DNA from: Flaccisagitta enflata
Taxonomy: Eukaryota
NCBI GenBank assembly: GCA_965153355.1
Contig: OZ231126.1
Coordinates: 36,270,001-36,334,000, forward strand
DNA: 64,000 bases
Reading direction: 5' to 3'
The translations under genes and the position numbers were made by a program. How positions within the stretch are numbered: position 1 is the stretch's first letter; every line of letters begins with the position of its first letter. This document shows positions 29,562-42,486 of this stretch, piece by piece. Below the pieces are notes generated by a model that had not been told where the DNA came from, ran no database searches, and was given only the letters and a program-made list of their open reading frames with translations.

Positions 29562-31495
29562 CTATAAGACTTTTCTCCGTGATTTAGAGGTGCCAGATTT
29601 GATATTTTGATCATAACTTGATGGTGGTTGTGGTAAAAATGACAAATTTAGGTCATTTTGGCCGCAAAATTGAGCCACTTAGCCTTAGAAATCAAACCTA
29701 AAATCCATGAGATTATAAAACTAGAGCTCAAGATCTCACTAGTGGTGCAATCCGCATGTTTCTATCATTTTTCGTTTAGATTTGAGAGCATTTCAAAGAC
29801 GAAAGGGTTTGAAGGGAAAATGGCAGCTTCAATTTCAGTGGCAATTTTGACATTTTTCACAAATTTCAATATTTTGCGGCTTTGGATGGACCAATCTGCA
29901 TAAAATTGGTGATCAAATTGAAGAGTTTTTCCTGTTCTAGCTGATGGTAAAAAAGATTTTAATCGGTATTCCCCCCAAAAAATTTTAGAGACTGTAGAAG
30001 CAGGTGCAAAAAAATCGATTTTTTTGCAAATTGGTCAATTTTGGATGAAAAATTAGGCCACTTTCAATTCATAAAAAGACTTAAAATCCATGAGCAAAAT
30101 AAAGTACTGCTCAGGAGCTAACCAGTGGTGCAATTGGCGTGTCAATATGTTTTTGCGTTTAGATTTTATACAACTTCAAAGATTAAAATACCCAAAAATT
30201 GTTATTTTGACATACCCTTAGATCTTTGAAGTTCTATAGAATCTAAATGCAAAAACATACTGACACGCCGATTGCACCACTGGTTAGCTCCTGAGCAGTA
30301 CTTTATTTTGCTCATGGATTTTAAGTCTTTTTATAAATTGGAAGTGGCCTAATTTTTCATCCAAAATTGACCAAGTTGCTAAAAAATTGACTTTTTAGCA
30401 CCTGCTTCTACAGTAGCTTGTACCGAAATGACAATAAACAATAAAATCAGAACTCTACAAGTAGTTCTTATTGTGGGGCTGTCTTGGGCTTCCAATGACA
30501 TCACTTTTGGTCTGAAAAAATTGCATCTTGCTGTCCGCGCCTTACCTTGAATTTTCCTTCAGCCTATGGGAAACCAAAAATTTCAAAGTGCTTAAATCTC
30601 TGTTTTGACTGCAGATTTGAAATCTGCAGAAAAAACTGTTAATTGAAAGTGCTTTCCTTTTTTCAATATTCCAACTAGAAGATGCTCAAAATAAGTGTCA
30701 AAGTTTGCAAAACTTACCTTTCTCTTTTATTTATATGTAAAATCGCCGAACTTACTTTTTTTTATATCTTAAAGATGAATTTTGACTATGATCCCGAAGG
30801 AATATTGAAAAAAGGAAAGCACTTTCAATTAACAGTTTTTTCTGCGGATTTCAAATCTGCAGTCAAAACAGAGATTTAAGCACTCTGAAATTTTTGGTTT
30901 CCCATAGGCTGAAAGAAAATTCAAGGTAAGGCGCGGACAGCAAGATGCAAATTTTTCAGACCAAAATTGATGCCATTAGAAGCCAAAGACAGCCCCACAA
31001 CAAGAACTACTTGTAGAATTCTGATTTTATTGCTTTTAGTCATTTAGGTACAAGCTATTCTACAGTCTCTAAAAATTTTTGAGGGGAATATTGATCAAAA
31101 ATTTTTTTACCATCAGCTAGAACAGGAAAAACTCTTCAATTTGATCACCAATTTTATGCAGATTGGTCCATCCAAAGCCGCGAAATATTGAAATTTGTGG
31201 AAAATGTCAAAATTGCCACTGAAATTGAAGCCGCAATTTTCCCTTCAAACCCTTTCATCTTTTAAATGCTCTCAAATCTAAACGAAAAATGATAGAAACA
31301 TGCGGATTGCACCACTAGTGAGATCTTGAGCTCTAGTTTTATAATCTCATGGATTTTAGGTTTGATTTTTAAGGCTAAGTGGCCCAATTTTGCGGCCAAA
31401 ATGACCTAAATTAGACATTTTTACCACAACCACCATCAAGTTATGATCAAAATATCAAATCTGGCACCTCTAAATCACGGAGAAAAGTCATATTG
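29562..31495. mobile_element. Foldback element (~620 bp arms, ~38 bp loop) interrupted by a hAT-like MITE
   Basis: 29562-30183 is the reverse complement of 30222-30413 plus 31066-31495. Outer termini and TSD are not resolved. Confidence 0.85.
30414..31057. mobile_element. hAT-like long-TIR MITE, copy 1
   Basis: 8 bp TSD ttctacag; termini tagcttgtacc ... ggtacaagcta; ~255 bp arms. Confidence 0.88.
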
Positions 31496-32061
31496 CGAGT
31501 AGTTTTCAACTGTATAGACATAGTCTGTTTAAAAAAGCTGCAGGCTGGGGTGTTCAATTGATTTGATGCAAAAACCGTTGGCCCTAATGTATACCCACTC
31601 TCCCAATCCGGAAAGCATAGAATGAATAAGTGTTGCATTAAATATTAAGTCCTAAGAATCAAGAATAGGAATGAGGTGCTGCTCATTTTTCTTGTCAGGT
31701 TCAAGTTTCACTTTTGTTTAAATGTAATCTTTTGTTTCTCCACTATTTCTCAAGAGGTTGATCTTTCTTGCCGGTATCGTGAATGTCCTGACAAAACAGC
31801 ACACATTTCGCCTTAGCTGTTCGCTGCGACGCCACCATAACAAAAGTTTGTAACTAATGTTATATTAATGTCGTCTAGACATTGATATGAGGGAGCTCAC
31901 ATCTGGGATACTGGTTATGAATGCAAATTGAAAGAAGGTATGCATGTGTGATGCTTGTTCCCCAAAGGGTAGATACACTTTTTTTTATAAGAGACCAGTT
32001 TATAAGAGACATGAGCCTGAGATTTGCCAAAATTTTAAGAACAAAATAAGAGAATGCCCAG

Positions 32062-32704
32062 TAGCCTGTACTGAATTGACTAAAACCAAAAAAATCGAAA
32101 TTCTACGAGCAGTTCATGTTGTGGAGCTGTCTTGGGCTTCTATTGTCATCATTTTCAGCTTCAAAAGTTTACATCTTGCTTTCCGCGCCTTACCTTGAAC
32201 TTCCCATAAGTCAATAGGAAACTAAAAATTTCAAATTGCTCATATCAAAATTTTGACTGCAGATTTGAAATCTGCATGAAAAACTGTCTGTTGAAAGTGC
32301 TTTTCTTTTTGCCAAATTCCCTTGGGATCATTATCAAAATCCACGCTAAAGATTTTTAAAGAAGGTAAGTTCAATGATTTTACAAAGAAATTAAAAGGAA
32401 AGATATGTTTCGCGATATTTGACAGCACTTTTGACCACCTTCTAATTGGAATATCAAAAAAAGGAAAACACTTTCAATTGTCAGTTTTTTCTGCAGATTC
32501 CAAATCTGCAGTCAGAATTGGAATTTGAGAACTTTGAAATTTTGGATTTCCTATAGGGGTAGGGATTATAGAAGGTAAGGCGCGGCCACCTAAAAGTAGA
32601 ATTTTAACGCCAATATTAATTTCAATAGAAGCCTGAGAGTCCCACAACATGATCTGCTCGTAGAATATCAATTTTATTGCTTTTTGTCATTAAGGTACAA
32701 GCTA
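32062..32704. mobile_element. hAT-like long-TIR MITE, copy 2
   Basis: 8 bp TSD atgcccag; termini tagcctgtac ... gtacaagcta; homologous to 30414-31057 and almost the same length. Confidence 0.85.
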
Positions 32705-33024
32705 ATGCCCAGGCTGAGATTCAGCTTCGGCCATTTTCAAAAACAATTTTATTCAAGTTTCTTATCTAAAAAATGAATTTAATTCAAATTTTTCAGAAAT
32801 ATAGGTTGTTTATCTTTAAAAATGATTTCATTTCTTAGTTTGCCTATGAAATCAGGCATTATATTAAAAAAAATATAACAATTATTAAGTTTAAGATACA
32901 ACTGCTCTAAATAAGGTATTTTCATACAATTTAGACATTCATGAACATCGAACAAATTAAGAGCACTTTAAGAAAATTTCAAGCTGAAAACAGACAAAAA
33001 TTTAAGAACACCCAGGCTGAATTC

Positions 33025-33402
33025 AAACAAGGTCAACAAACCTTAGTCGCGTGGTGATAAAGGTAATTAGGGTAATTAAGGTAATTAAGGTAATAAAGGT
33101 AATAAAGGTAAAAAAGGTAATAAAGGTAATAACTGTTCCCTTAAGTACCATAATAATACAAGTACCTTTAATAATACAAGTACCTTTATTAAAGGTAATC
33201 ACAGTGCCCTTAAGTACCTTAAGTACGGTGCCCTTAAGTACCTTAAGTACCCCAAAGTACCCTAAAGTACCCTTAGGTACCCTTATGTACACTAAAGTAC
33301 CTTTAAAATGAAGATTTAAGCTTTATTTCAAAAATGTTACGTTACGTTACCGACCGACTAACCGACATAGCGGCTTCTAGAGTCGCGTTCACGCGACTTA
33401 AA
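33025..33402 (-). mobile_element. DINE-1/HINE-like element with 9 bp and ~10 bp arrays
   Basis: On +: aaacaagg...agtcgcgtg, (AAGGTAATW)n and (AAGTACCYT)n arrays, (CCGA)n, agtcgcgttcacgcgacttaaa. Confidence 0.75.
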
Positions 33403-33640
33403 GCTGTCTCTTATATAAAAAAAAAAAGTGTAATGGGATATGTCATTACTCAACTGGCACTCAACTTAAATGAGCTAACTACCCCGTATTTGCAAGTTTT
33501 AATGACATCTACAGTAACTACATAGAGATGGAACAGGATACGAGTCCAATACCATAAGTTTACTGATAGTTTATGTGATAATGGCCAACGTAGCCAGAAT
33601 GCAAAGTATTTGATAATTAATCATCACAAAAAAGTTAATA

Positions 33641-34251
33641 CCATCTAGCTCATAAATATACGGACAGCTGGAGAAAAATAAGCATTTTGGCTCACTGTCT
33701 GAAAAATATGTTCAAATAAATTAAATTTTAGTCATCATAGGGTATTTTGATCCAACAAGTGCTTCTGTTTCGAGTTTCTATCTGATTGGTCTATGATTTT
33801 TTAATTCAAATCAGTGTATCCTGAATTTCTTAAAAAATAACAAAAAACATTGATTTCTTTTTCATTTTCTTTTGATAAAAGATAATTTTGGAGAAATATA
33901 TTAAATTGCTGCCTTCAATTTTTTTTCAACACAAAAGAAATTTGGTAAAAATGTGATCTAATGAGGTCAAGCAGAATGATTTTTGCCAATCCATTTGGAT
34001 TTAAGAGCTGTTTCTATAAAGTTGTCCGTTGTCAATATGAACTGAAAATCTCTGAATTTGACTTCGGTAAGATGACTGTTTTTCTTTAAAACACTGTCAT
34101 TTCCAAACGGATTGAGCCACTGAGCTCTGCTTGGTCTTGAATGGAAGACTTATTGTCATAGTTTGTTGATCTGCTCTCATTTTTGTATTGAATATTGAAA
34201 TTTAGCTGCTATGAACATGAGTAGGTGTCCGTATATTTATGAGCTAGATAG
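33641..34251. mobile_element. Tc1/mariner-like MITE
   Basis: TA|ccatctagctcataaatatacggaca ... tgtccgtatatttatgagctagatag|TA. Confidence 0.78.
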
Positions 34252-34407
34252 TAGAAACTTTTTTTTCCGAGACACAGTTGCAGTCGATGCTCATTTCCAT
34301 TTTTGAGAATTGGTCACATTCTGACGTTATGGCAATGTACTGACAATTTTGGACATCTTGGCTGAAATACCCTATTCGTCAATTGAATCACGTTTGCATC
34401 TGAACAC

Positions 34408-36292
34408 TAAACAAGGCCAAGAGATGTCCAATAGATGCGTCCTCTTTAGATGTAAGATATTTTCATACAAATTATTAAGATATAAAGATATTAAGATATA
34501 ATGATATGAAAATATAAAGATACAGAGATAAATACAAAAATATAAACTGATTCCTCCCTTTCCCCCACCCCCCCCTCCTCCCCACCCTCCCCCCACGCCC
34601 CCCCACCCCCTCACGCCCCCCAACGCCTTCCCACCCCCCACGCCTCCCCACCCCCCAACACCTGCACGCCTTCCCACCCCCCCCACACCTCCCCACGCCC
34701 CCCACGCCTCCCCACCCCTCCCCCGCCTTATCCTCACAAAGAGACATGAAGGGACTTGGAGAGACATAAAGAGACATGAAGAGACATGAGGAAACATGAG
34801 GAGACATAAGAGACATATAGAGAAATGAAGAGACATGAGAGACATAAGAGACCTAAGAGACATAAGAGACATAAGAGATGTAAGTGATATAAGAGGCATA
34901 AGAGATATATGAGACATAAGAGACATACAGGAGACATAAGAGACATGAGGAAACATGAGGAGACATAAGAGACATATAGAGAAATGAAGAGACATGAGAG
35001 ACATAAGAGACCTAAGAGACATAAGAGACATAAGAGATGTAAGTGATATAAGAGGCATAAGAAATATAAGAGACATGAAGAGACATGAAGAGAAATCAAG
35101 AGAAAACCGTAGAAATCGTGTTTTGAAAATTTCTTGTGACGGACGTAGGTAGGGACACACCCTCTCATAGAGATGCGAGGACGCATCTAAAAATCTCAGG
35201 ATCATGTCAAAATTACGGGATTGTACCGTCCATCCCATACTAGATGAATTTTGACACCAGGAATCCAAATCTGCAGTCAAAAATGGTGTCAGGTCAATAT
35301 TTCGATAGCCTATGGCTACAACTCTCAGGTCAAATTACTATGTAAGGTCAAATTTTCAAGTTTGAAAATTTGTCAATCTGATTGCAGATTCAAAATCCTT
35401 GGAAAAAAAACAAAATGTCTTTCTTTTCTTGAAATTTTGAGTGGAACATAGTCAAAATTAACGTCAAAGATCCAAAATAGAGTAAAATTGCTCTTTTGTC
35501 TAAATTTGACCTCATTTTGATTGATGATAATAGATACTTTCTTCACACAGTGTTTTGCCAAAATTTTGAATCTACTATCTAGGAAATAAGTTTGGAAGCA
35601 CCTTTAGAGAAAAATATCTCCAATCTTGTCTCTGTGCATAAAACCGTTTAGAAATGCCAATACATTGAAGTTGATCATGCACAATGACAAAAAAAAAAGA
35701 TTTTTTTTTCTCCTACCTTTCCATTATTGAATTGCTTTCAAATCTTACCAAATGATGATAGAAACATGCAGATTGCACCGATGGTTAGCTCTTGAGCTCA
35801 AGTTTTATTATCTCATGGATTTTTGGTCAGATTACAAAAGGGAAGTAGCCCAATTTTGCAGCAATAATGATCAAGATATATCATTTTTACCACAACCACC
35901 TCTTAGTTGTGATAAATAAACTAAACTAGCGGTTCCTCAATTAGATTGAAGATTGCTTTTCTCCTTTGTTCTAATTAGCATGAATATAGAAATAACCAGA
36001 AAATAGTCAGGTTCATGAGTTTAGAGTGTATAAGGGGAAAACATACTACAAACCCCAAGTGCTTCCAAACTTTTTTCCTAGATAGTACAATCAGATTGAC
36101 AAATTTCCAATTTTGAAAATTTGACCTTAAATAGAATTTTGACCTGAGAAATGTAGCCGTAGCCTATCGGAATATTGACCTGAGACCATTTTTTACTGCA
36201 GATTTGGATTCCTGGGGTCAAAATTGGTCTACACTGTAGTACGGGATGAACGGGAAAACCCAAGAATTTTGACATGATCCTGATATTTTTTA
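34408..36292. mobile_element. Mutator-like long-TIR element with 10 bp TSD; a HINE is inserted in its left terminus
   Basis: atctgaacac direct repeat at 34398-34407 and 36293-36302; ~200 bp IR 35190-35385 vs 36088-36292. Confidence 0.72.
34409..35193 (-). mobile_element. DINE-1/HINE-like element, same family as 17554-19364
   Basis: Reverse-complement match of both termini, the (AAGAGACAT)n array and the C-rich tract. Confidence 0.85.
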
Positions 36293-36468
36293 ATCTGAAC
36301 ACCGCAGTACTACATTAAGGTTCGGCTAAAATTCTACCTAAATACCACCGTACAAATTTGGTGGTACAATACTGGGACTGTATGTGCTATGTACAAGGTA
36401 AGAAATTCAGTGTTCAAAAGGATGTGATGAATTTATCCAAAATAACGACGGATTATGGCAAGAAACAA

Positions 36469-37057
36469 CACGCCACGGGGGAGGCTTTCATAGGTCAAGA
36501 AAAATTCTTGGTCATAATGGCGAGTGGTTTGGGCCTCACGAAGGTTTACTTTATCACCTCATACCAAAACGATTTTTTTTTTGCTCCAAAATGGCATAAA
36601 ATAGTACTAAATGATGACAGGTTGGCGTGTATTTATGCATGAATGTGTCTTAGTGCCAGAAAATCATCATTTGCCCATTTTTTTACCATAGCGGCAGTTT
36701 GGACCCAAAAAACTGTCAAAAATGCTATTTTTACGGCTTTTTACGGCAAATTTTGCGGCACAAAATGATATTAAATGATGACAGGTTGGCTTGTATTTAT
36801 GCATGAATGTGTCTTAGTGCCAGATAATCATTGTTTGCCCATTTTTTGACCATAGCAGCAGTTTTGAACAAAAAAACTGTCAAAAATGCCAATTTTACGG
36901 CTTTTTACGGCATTTTACAGCATTTTTAAAAGAATTTTGAAGCAAAAAAATTTTCATTTTGGTATGAAGTGATAAAGTAAGCCTTCCTAAGGCCCAAACC
37001 ACTCACCATTATGACTGAGAATTTTGATTGACCTATGAAAGCCTCCCCCGTGGCGTG
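36469..37057. mobile_element. CAC...GTG TIR MITE with 4 bp TSD (Chapaev-like)
   Basis: ACAA|cacgccacgggggaggctttcataggtcaa ... ttgacctatgaaagcctcccccgtggcgtg|ACAA; ~125 bp TIR; internal ~164 bp tandem duplication. Confidence 0.78.
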
Positions 37058-37237
37058 ACAATCAGCAGTCTCGATCACTCAAGTCTCAACCTTGTCAAGC
37101 AAGGAATTAGGGAATTTTACCCGCTCAGATTTCCGAGCGTGCGTACGTGCACTTTGGCCTAAGGCGAGCGTGTACAAAGTGCGCATGCAAATTGCAAGCG
37201 AAAGCGAGGGCAGCAGCAGCGGAGGACACTGCATCCG

Positions 37238-37356
<119 letters not shown>

Positions 37357-37870
37357 GCATTTGGATAAGACGCGTCCTTCCATTGCCGTCACGTGACCTG
37401 TACTGCAGATGGTAGCGGTCTGAAGTCGACTGTATCGTTGATGATGATGATATTGTTGTTGTCATTCTGCCGGTCTCTCCCTCTCTCTGTTTCCTCTCCC
37501 ATCTCTGCCTCGTTTCGATGCCATTTGATGATTGTCAAAAGCGTTGTTTAAACACGCGACATGTGACGTTTCGCTTGTCGGTCGATGTGCAATATCTCTC
37601 GCATAGCCTCTTCTCGTTCGGTTGATTTTGCCACTTTTGTATATGGTGGAATAGAGTCGTGTCGGCCTCGAGCTGCGTCGTCATCGTAGGAAGTAGCAGA
37701 GGAAACCCCTATTGGTTCTGCCACACTGGAATAACACTGCCGTTCCATGCCATGAATTCAATTTTCATCTAATAAGATACAATCAATAACACAAGTCGTT
37801 TGGTGAACACTACAATACATACCTACTGCCATACCAAACGAGATCTTTCTGTGGCTTTACAAAAGGCATT

Positions 37871-37974
<104 letters not shown>

Positions 37975-37981
37975 CGCGCCT

Positions 37982-38587
37982 ATGATGGAAGAGACGATGA
38001 ACACGTTAAATTCCACTTGGTCCCGTTTCCATCTTTTCGTCGGATCCTTGGCCAAAGACATGGACGAGCCATTGGGGGATCTGATGGCCTCCGCATCGGC
38101 CGCCTTCACTTCCTCCTACACATCCGCTTCTTCTTCGGCGACTTCCTTCGCCAACGCGGCGTCGACTTCCTTCCACTCCCAACTGGAGTCGGCGTCGTCT
38201 TTTTGGCGATGGGCGTTGAGCGTTTCCGACCCGCGCGTCGTCGATTGGCCTTTGATGTCGTCTCCGTGGCCAACCGCGTTACTCACCCTCACTTACCTCG
38301 TCATCGTCGCCGTCGGTCCCAAGTTCATGGAGAATCGGAAACCGTTGGATCTCCGTTGGTTGATGGTGACTTACAATTTGTCGATGGTGGTGCTTTGTAC
38401 CTACATTTGGGTGGAAATCACCGTCGGCGCTTTGAGACGGAACTACAGTTGGATTTGTCAACCGGTTGTCCACGATCCTCATCCCGAAGAACTGAGAATC
38501 GCGGGAGGACTTTGGTGGTTCTTTGTCTCCAAGGCCATCGAATTTCTCGACACTTTTATTTTCCTTCTTAGAAAAAAATCCTCCCAG
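37982..38587 (+). CDS. ELOVL4: Very-long-chain fatty acid elongase, ELOVL4-like, coding exon 1
   Basis: SDPRVVDWPLMSSPWP, GPKFMENRKP, WWFFVSKAIEFLDTFIFLLRKK; phase-0 donor cag|GTAAAG at 38588. The exact start Met is uncertain (several in-frame ATGs). Confidence 0.9.
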
Positions 38588-38914
38588 GTAAAGAATTTAA
38601 AACACACACGCACAACCGATCTGTTCTTGTTTTCTTTACCGTTTCACCTGGTTCATGCAATCATGCATAAATCTCTAGTCTCTGAGGCCATTTCGTCAGG
38701 CGATCTGCTGTAAGTGGTTGGTTCTTTAAAAAAGGGCAATTACTCATCGATCATCGTTCCTGAAACTTACCTCAATCCCCTGATTATTCCCTTTTTTCCC
38801 CTTTTGTACGTTCTTTTGTTATTTAATCCATAATTTTTTTTCTTCTTATGATTTTCTTTCTATGCTTTTTCTTCATTTCTCTCTTGAACTATTTTTTCTC
38901 TCTTTCTTTTCTTT

Positions 38915-39097
<183 letters not shown>

Positions 39098-39200
39098 CTC
39101 TTGAACAATTTTTTTCTCTCTTTCTTTTCATTTCTTTCTTTCTTTCTTTCTTTCTTTCTTACTTTCTTTATTTTTCCTTTTCTTTCTTTCATTTTTTTTC

Positions 39201-39303
<103 letters not shown>

Positions 39304-39314
39304 CAACAACTCAG

Positions 39315-39773
39315 GTGACATTCTTGCACGTCTACCACCACGCCACGATGTTCTTCTTTTGGTGGATCGGGATCAAGTGGGTCGCTTCCGGTCAAACCTT
39401 CTTCGGCCCCATCATCAACTCCATCGTCCACTCGGTCATGTACACTTACTACGGTCTGGCCGCCATCCCGAGCATGAGACGCCATCTGTGGTGGAAGAAA
39501 TACATGACTTGGCTGCAGTTTTTCCAGTTCGGCATCGGCCTGGTTTGGGGCGGAAACACGATTCGTCTCAACTGCGGCGTGCCGCGTTGGATGCAGTGGG
39601 CGTCGCTCGTCTACGGCGTCTCCATCATCGCGCTCTTTGTCAATTACTACATGCAAACTTATCACAGAGGAATCTGGCGAAGAGCTTTGGGGAAATTTTT
39701 GAAGGGAAGATCGGATGGGGTAAAAACCGAAGATGAGGGGACGGCCGCGGTGGTGGAAAAGAAGAAGGATTGA
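39315..39773 (+). CDS. ELOVL4: Very-long-chain fatty acid elongase, ELOVL4-like, coding exon 2
   Basis: Acceptor ctcAG|gtg after a (TC)n tract; VTFLHVYHH histidine box, WWIGIKWV, NSIVHSVMYTYY, LWWKKYMTWLQ; C-terminal KKKD di-lysine ER-retrieval motif. Spliced protein is 354 aa. Confidence 0.92.
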   Translation: MTFLHVYHHATMFFFWWIGIKWVASGQTFFGPIINSIVHSVMYTYYGLAAIPSMRRHLWWKKYMTWLQFFQFGIGLVWGGNTIRLNCGVPRWMQWASLVYGVSIIALFVNYYMQTYHRGIWRRALGKFLKGRSDGVKTEDEGTAAVVEKKKD

Positions 39774-39829
39774 ATGGAATTCCCAGTCTTTGATTGTTCT
39801 TTTTTCATCAAAGAATGGATCAATGACTA

Positions 39830-39955
39830 AATGAATAAATGAATGAATGAATGAATGATTGAATGATTGAATGAATGAATGAATGATTGAATGAATAAAT
39901 AAATGAATGAATGAATGAATGATTGAATAAATGAATGAATGATTGAATGAATGAA
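39830..39955. repeat. (GAAT)n tract in the elongase 3' region, containing AATAAA motifs
   Basis: Directly visible. Confidence 0.8.
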
Positions 39956-40008
39956 TTAGGGGAGGAAACTGATGAACTCATTGTAAATCATATTTATTAC
40001 TTCAATAT

Positions 40009-40073
<65 letters not shown>

Positions 40074-40898
40074 CTTGATCCATCTTGTTCCATTTTGACT
40101 CGCAATTTTTCCATTTTTCTTTATTTAAATTGAATATTATTTCCGTTGAGTCACTAATTTTTAAAAGCGTCAACTTTCAAATTCAATTATCATTTTATTG
40201 TTACGTTGCCTTACATGATTTACGAAAAGCCAATCATCGTTTCTCGGCCAAGAATCTTGTTTAAATCATGACCCATTTAGTTACAATACTGGATAATGGC
40301 ATTACGTTCTCAGCCAACACTCACCTCTACATTACGCCTATCTGGATGCGTAGAATGGTGGAAATGACCCAATGCACCCTGTTTATTTTATTTTTGATTT
40401 TTATTTATTTTATTTTTTTGCGAAAATGAGTCATTGTATTATCTAAACATCAATGAGAAACCGTATTTAGGGTCCTAGGTAGTGAAATATACGAAAATAA
40501 TAAAAGGTTTTCTTAGGGATTATTAAGGAAATTCCCACATTCTAATTTCTTCATTTATTTCTTACAGACCCTAAATATGGTTTTTGATTGATTTTTTTTA
40601 TTTTTTGGCAAATAAAAAGATAACCAGAGCGCATCAATTATTTTCATTATTCTGTGTCTCGGCATCCTGACAAGCGTACTCTACATACTCGTCAAGAATT
40701 CCGGGCCTTAACTTTTTTGTCTTTATTTTTCCCCACATAATTTTTCTAACCATCTTCAGTTTTTTTGTTTTCAAAGCCCATATTTTTTTAGGATTGTGTC
40801 AATAACTCTACAGTGTCTTTCTAACTTTTTCTATATGAATATCAAAAAATAAAATTCGAGCGTAATTTTGTCGAGTTCTCTTTTATACAGAAGAATAA

Positions 40899-41501
40899 CT
40901 ACCCGAATTTAAAAAAACGCAAGTTTCTCATTGAAGTGATTGAATAAGACTATCTTTTCCTTCTGAGCAGCATTTTGTAAGCTGGTTTGGTTTATTTGAT
41001 GTTCCATGGATCATACCCAAGAGTTTGTCTTCAGAATCAAGCTGATGCGGAGAAATCGCCATGCAAAAGTGACATATACTTTATAAGTTTTTGCCTTTGA
41101 TTTTCAGTTAAGAGTCCATGATGATTTTAAAGGTTTTATTGTAACTAATCATATTCGCTGCTTCATTTTTCATCACAGACATTGAGGAACTCAAATACAA
41201 AAACTATGAAAGCAGACAGCATGGGTTAAACAATGTCTGATTCCTCATGGCGGTGCAATTACTCCATCACCCTCACCCCAAAATAATTTTTTTTTCCCTC
41301 TGACTGCATTTTCAAATTTGGACCCCTGCACCTTCTTTTGAGTATAACTTCTAAACGAATAAAGCTACAGATGTGGGATTGCGCTCAAACGAAAGCCCTT
41401 GAAAAAAGCTTTAATCTGGTCACCGATAAATCATGTCTCAAGCGAACCAAAGGCGCATAAATGAGCCACAGAAAAACTTGCGTTTTTTTTAATTCGGGTA
41501 G
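40899..41501. mobile_element. Tc1/mariner-like MITE
   Basis: ctacccgaatttaaaaaaacgcaagttt ... aaacttgcgttttttttaattcgggtag|TA; the left TA is not intact. Confidence 0.68.
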
Positions 41502-42486
41502 TACAAATACAAATACGGTCAATACACCGATGCTTAATCACTCTGTTGATAAACACCTGTCAGGTAAATAAGCCAGTTGAATTACATGACAGTATGAAAG
41601 AAAGGAGAAATAAGAAAAAATCAGTTTTTCGTAAGTTATTTTGTCTGTCATTACTAACATATTACATTAGAGTAAAAGAGAATATCATCTTTCCGGAAGC
41701 CGGTATGATCCTGTAATTGAATACACCTCAGCTTTCCAGTTTTCCAATGACGAATTGCTTAAATTGAAATGAAAATTCATTCAACGGGTTCTGTTAAGTT
41801 GAGAGGTTCATCAGAAGGCGGATGTCGCGCGGTCGGAAGTCATGATTGTTAAGCACTTAATTTCCCAAATTCTTACGGGCTGATTAAGATTTCGTCATAC
41901 TAAATTTCACAATGCTAGAATCTTAGAACATAAAACGAAAATGTCATCGGCATGATGATTGGTAGCATGGATGAGATGACGCAGATTGTTAAGCAGAGAA
42001 TTGACGTCTTAGACGGGATTACCAGACTTTGGGCATTATCAAATGAAGGCAAAAGTGTACTTTCAGATCTGTGCCAGTTTCCGCGATGACTACTTGTCAG
42101 TCAATTGCGTTGCGCTTATTGACGTAACGTCATGCGTAAGCCTAATTCGTCACCAGGGCATCAATAACGTCATACTCAATTGGGAGTTCAACACTGTCCC
42201 TCTTAAACGTCAATTACGCTCCAATTAACAGAAAGTTAGTTAATTGCATAATTGGTTAGTGTCTCTCCGAATGACGTGTATTGGCTTTGCGCAAATCGTA
42301 TGAGGTGATTGGTCAACAGGCGCAATCATCCAAAAACTTAAAAAGTATCTCGAATGCGTTATGATGTAACACTTTTCATTGCATTTCTACAAAACGAGAA
42401 GATGTTCAGCCGGTTTCAGTCCAGTTTCCGCTTTCCGTATTTTCTCTGTTTATCGCCCCCTCCCCCCTTTGTCAAGCGCCCTCTCC

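Larger units (their letters stand above)
31976..33430. mobile_element. TA-flanked TIR MITE hosting two nested insertions
   Basis: TA|cac(t)nataagagac ... gtctcttatat(a)ngtg|TA. Confidence 0.65.

Noticed and set aside
34372-35280. 302 aa minus-strand ORF
   Set aside because: It is a translation of the HINE 9 bp array and G-rich tract, with no domain features.
36469-36506. Possible 23-RSS-like end on the Chapaev-like MITE (CACGCCA-22 bp-AGAAAAATT)
   Set aside because: Weak heptamer and nonamer matches, a 22 bp spacer, not preserved at the other end, and a 4 bp TSD.
42080-42230. Cluster of TGACG/ACGTCA half-sites as an enhancer
   Set aside because: Short motifs with no regular spacing; cannot be told from chance without functional data.
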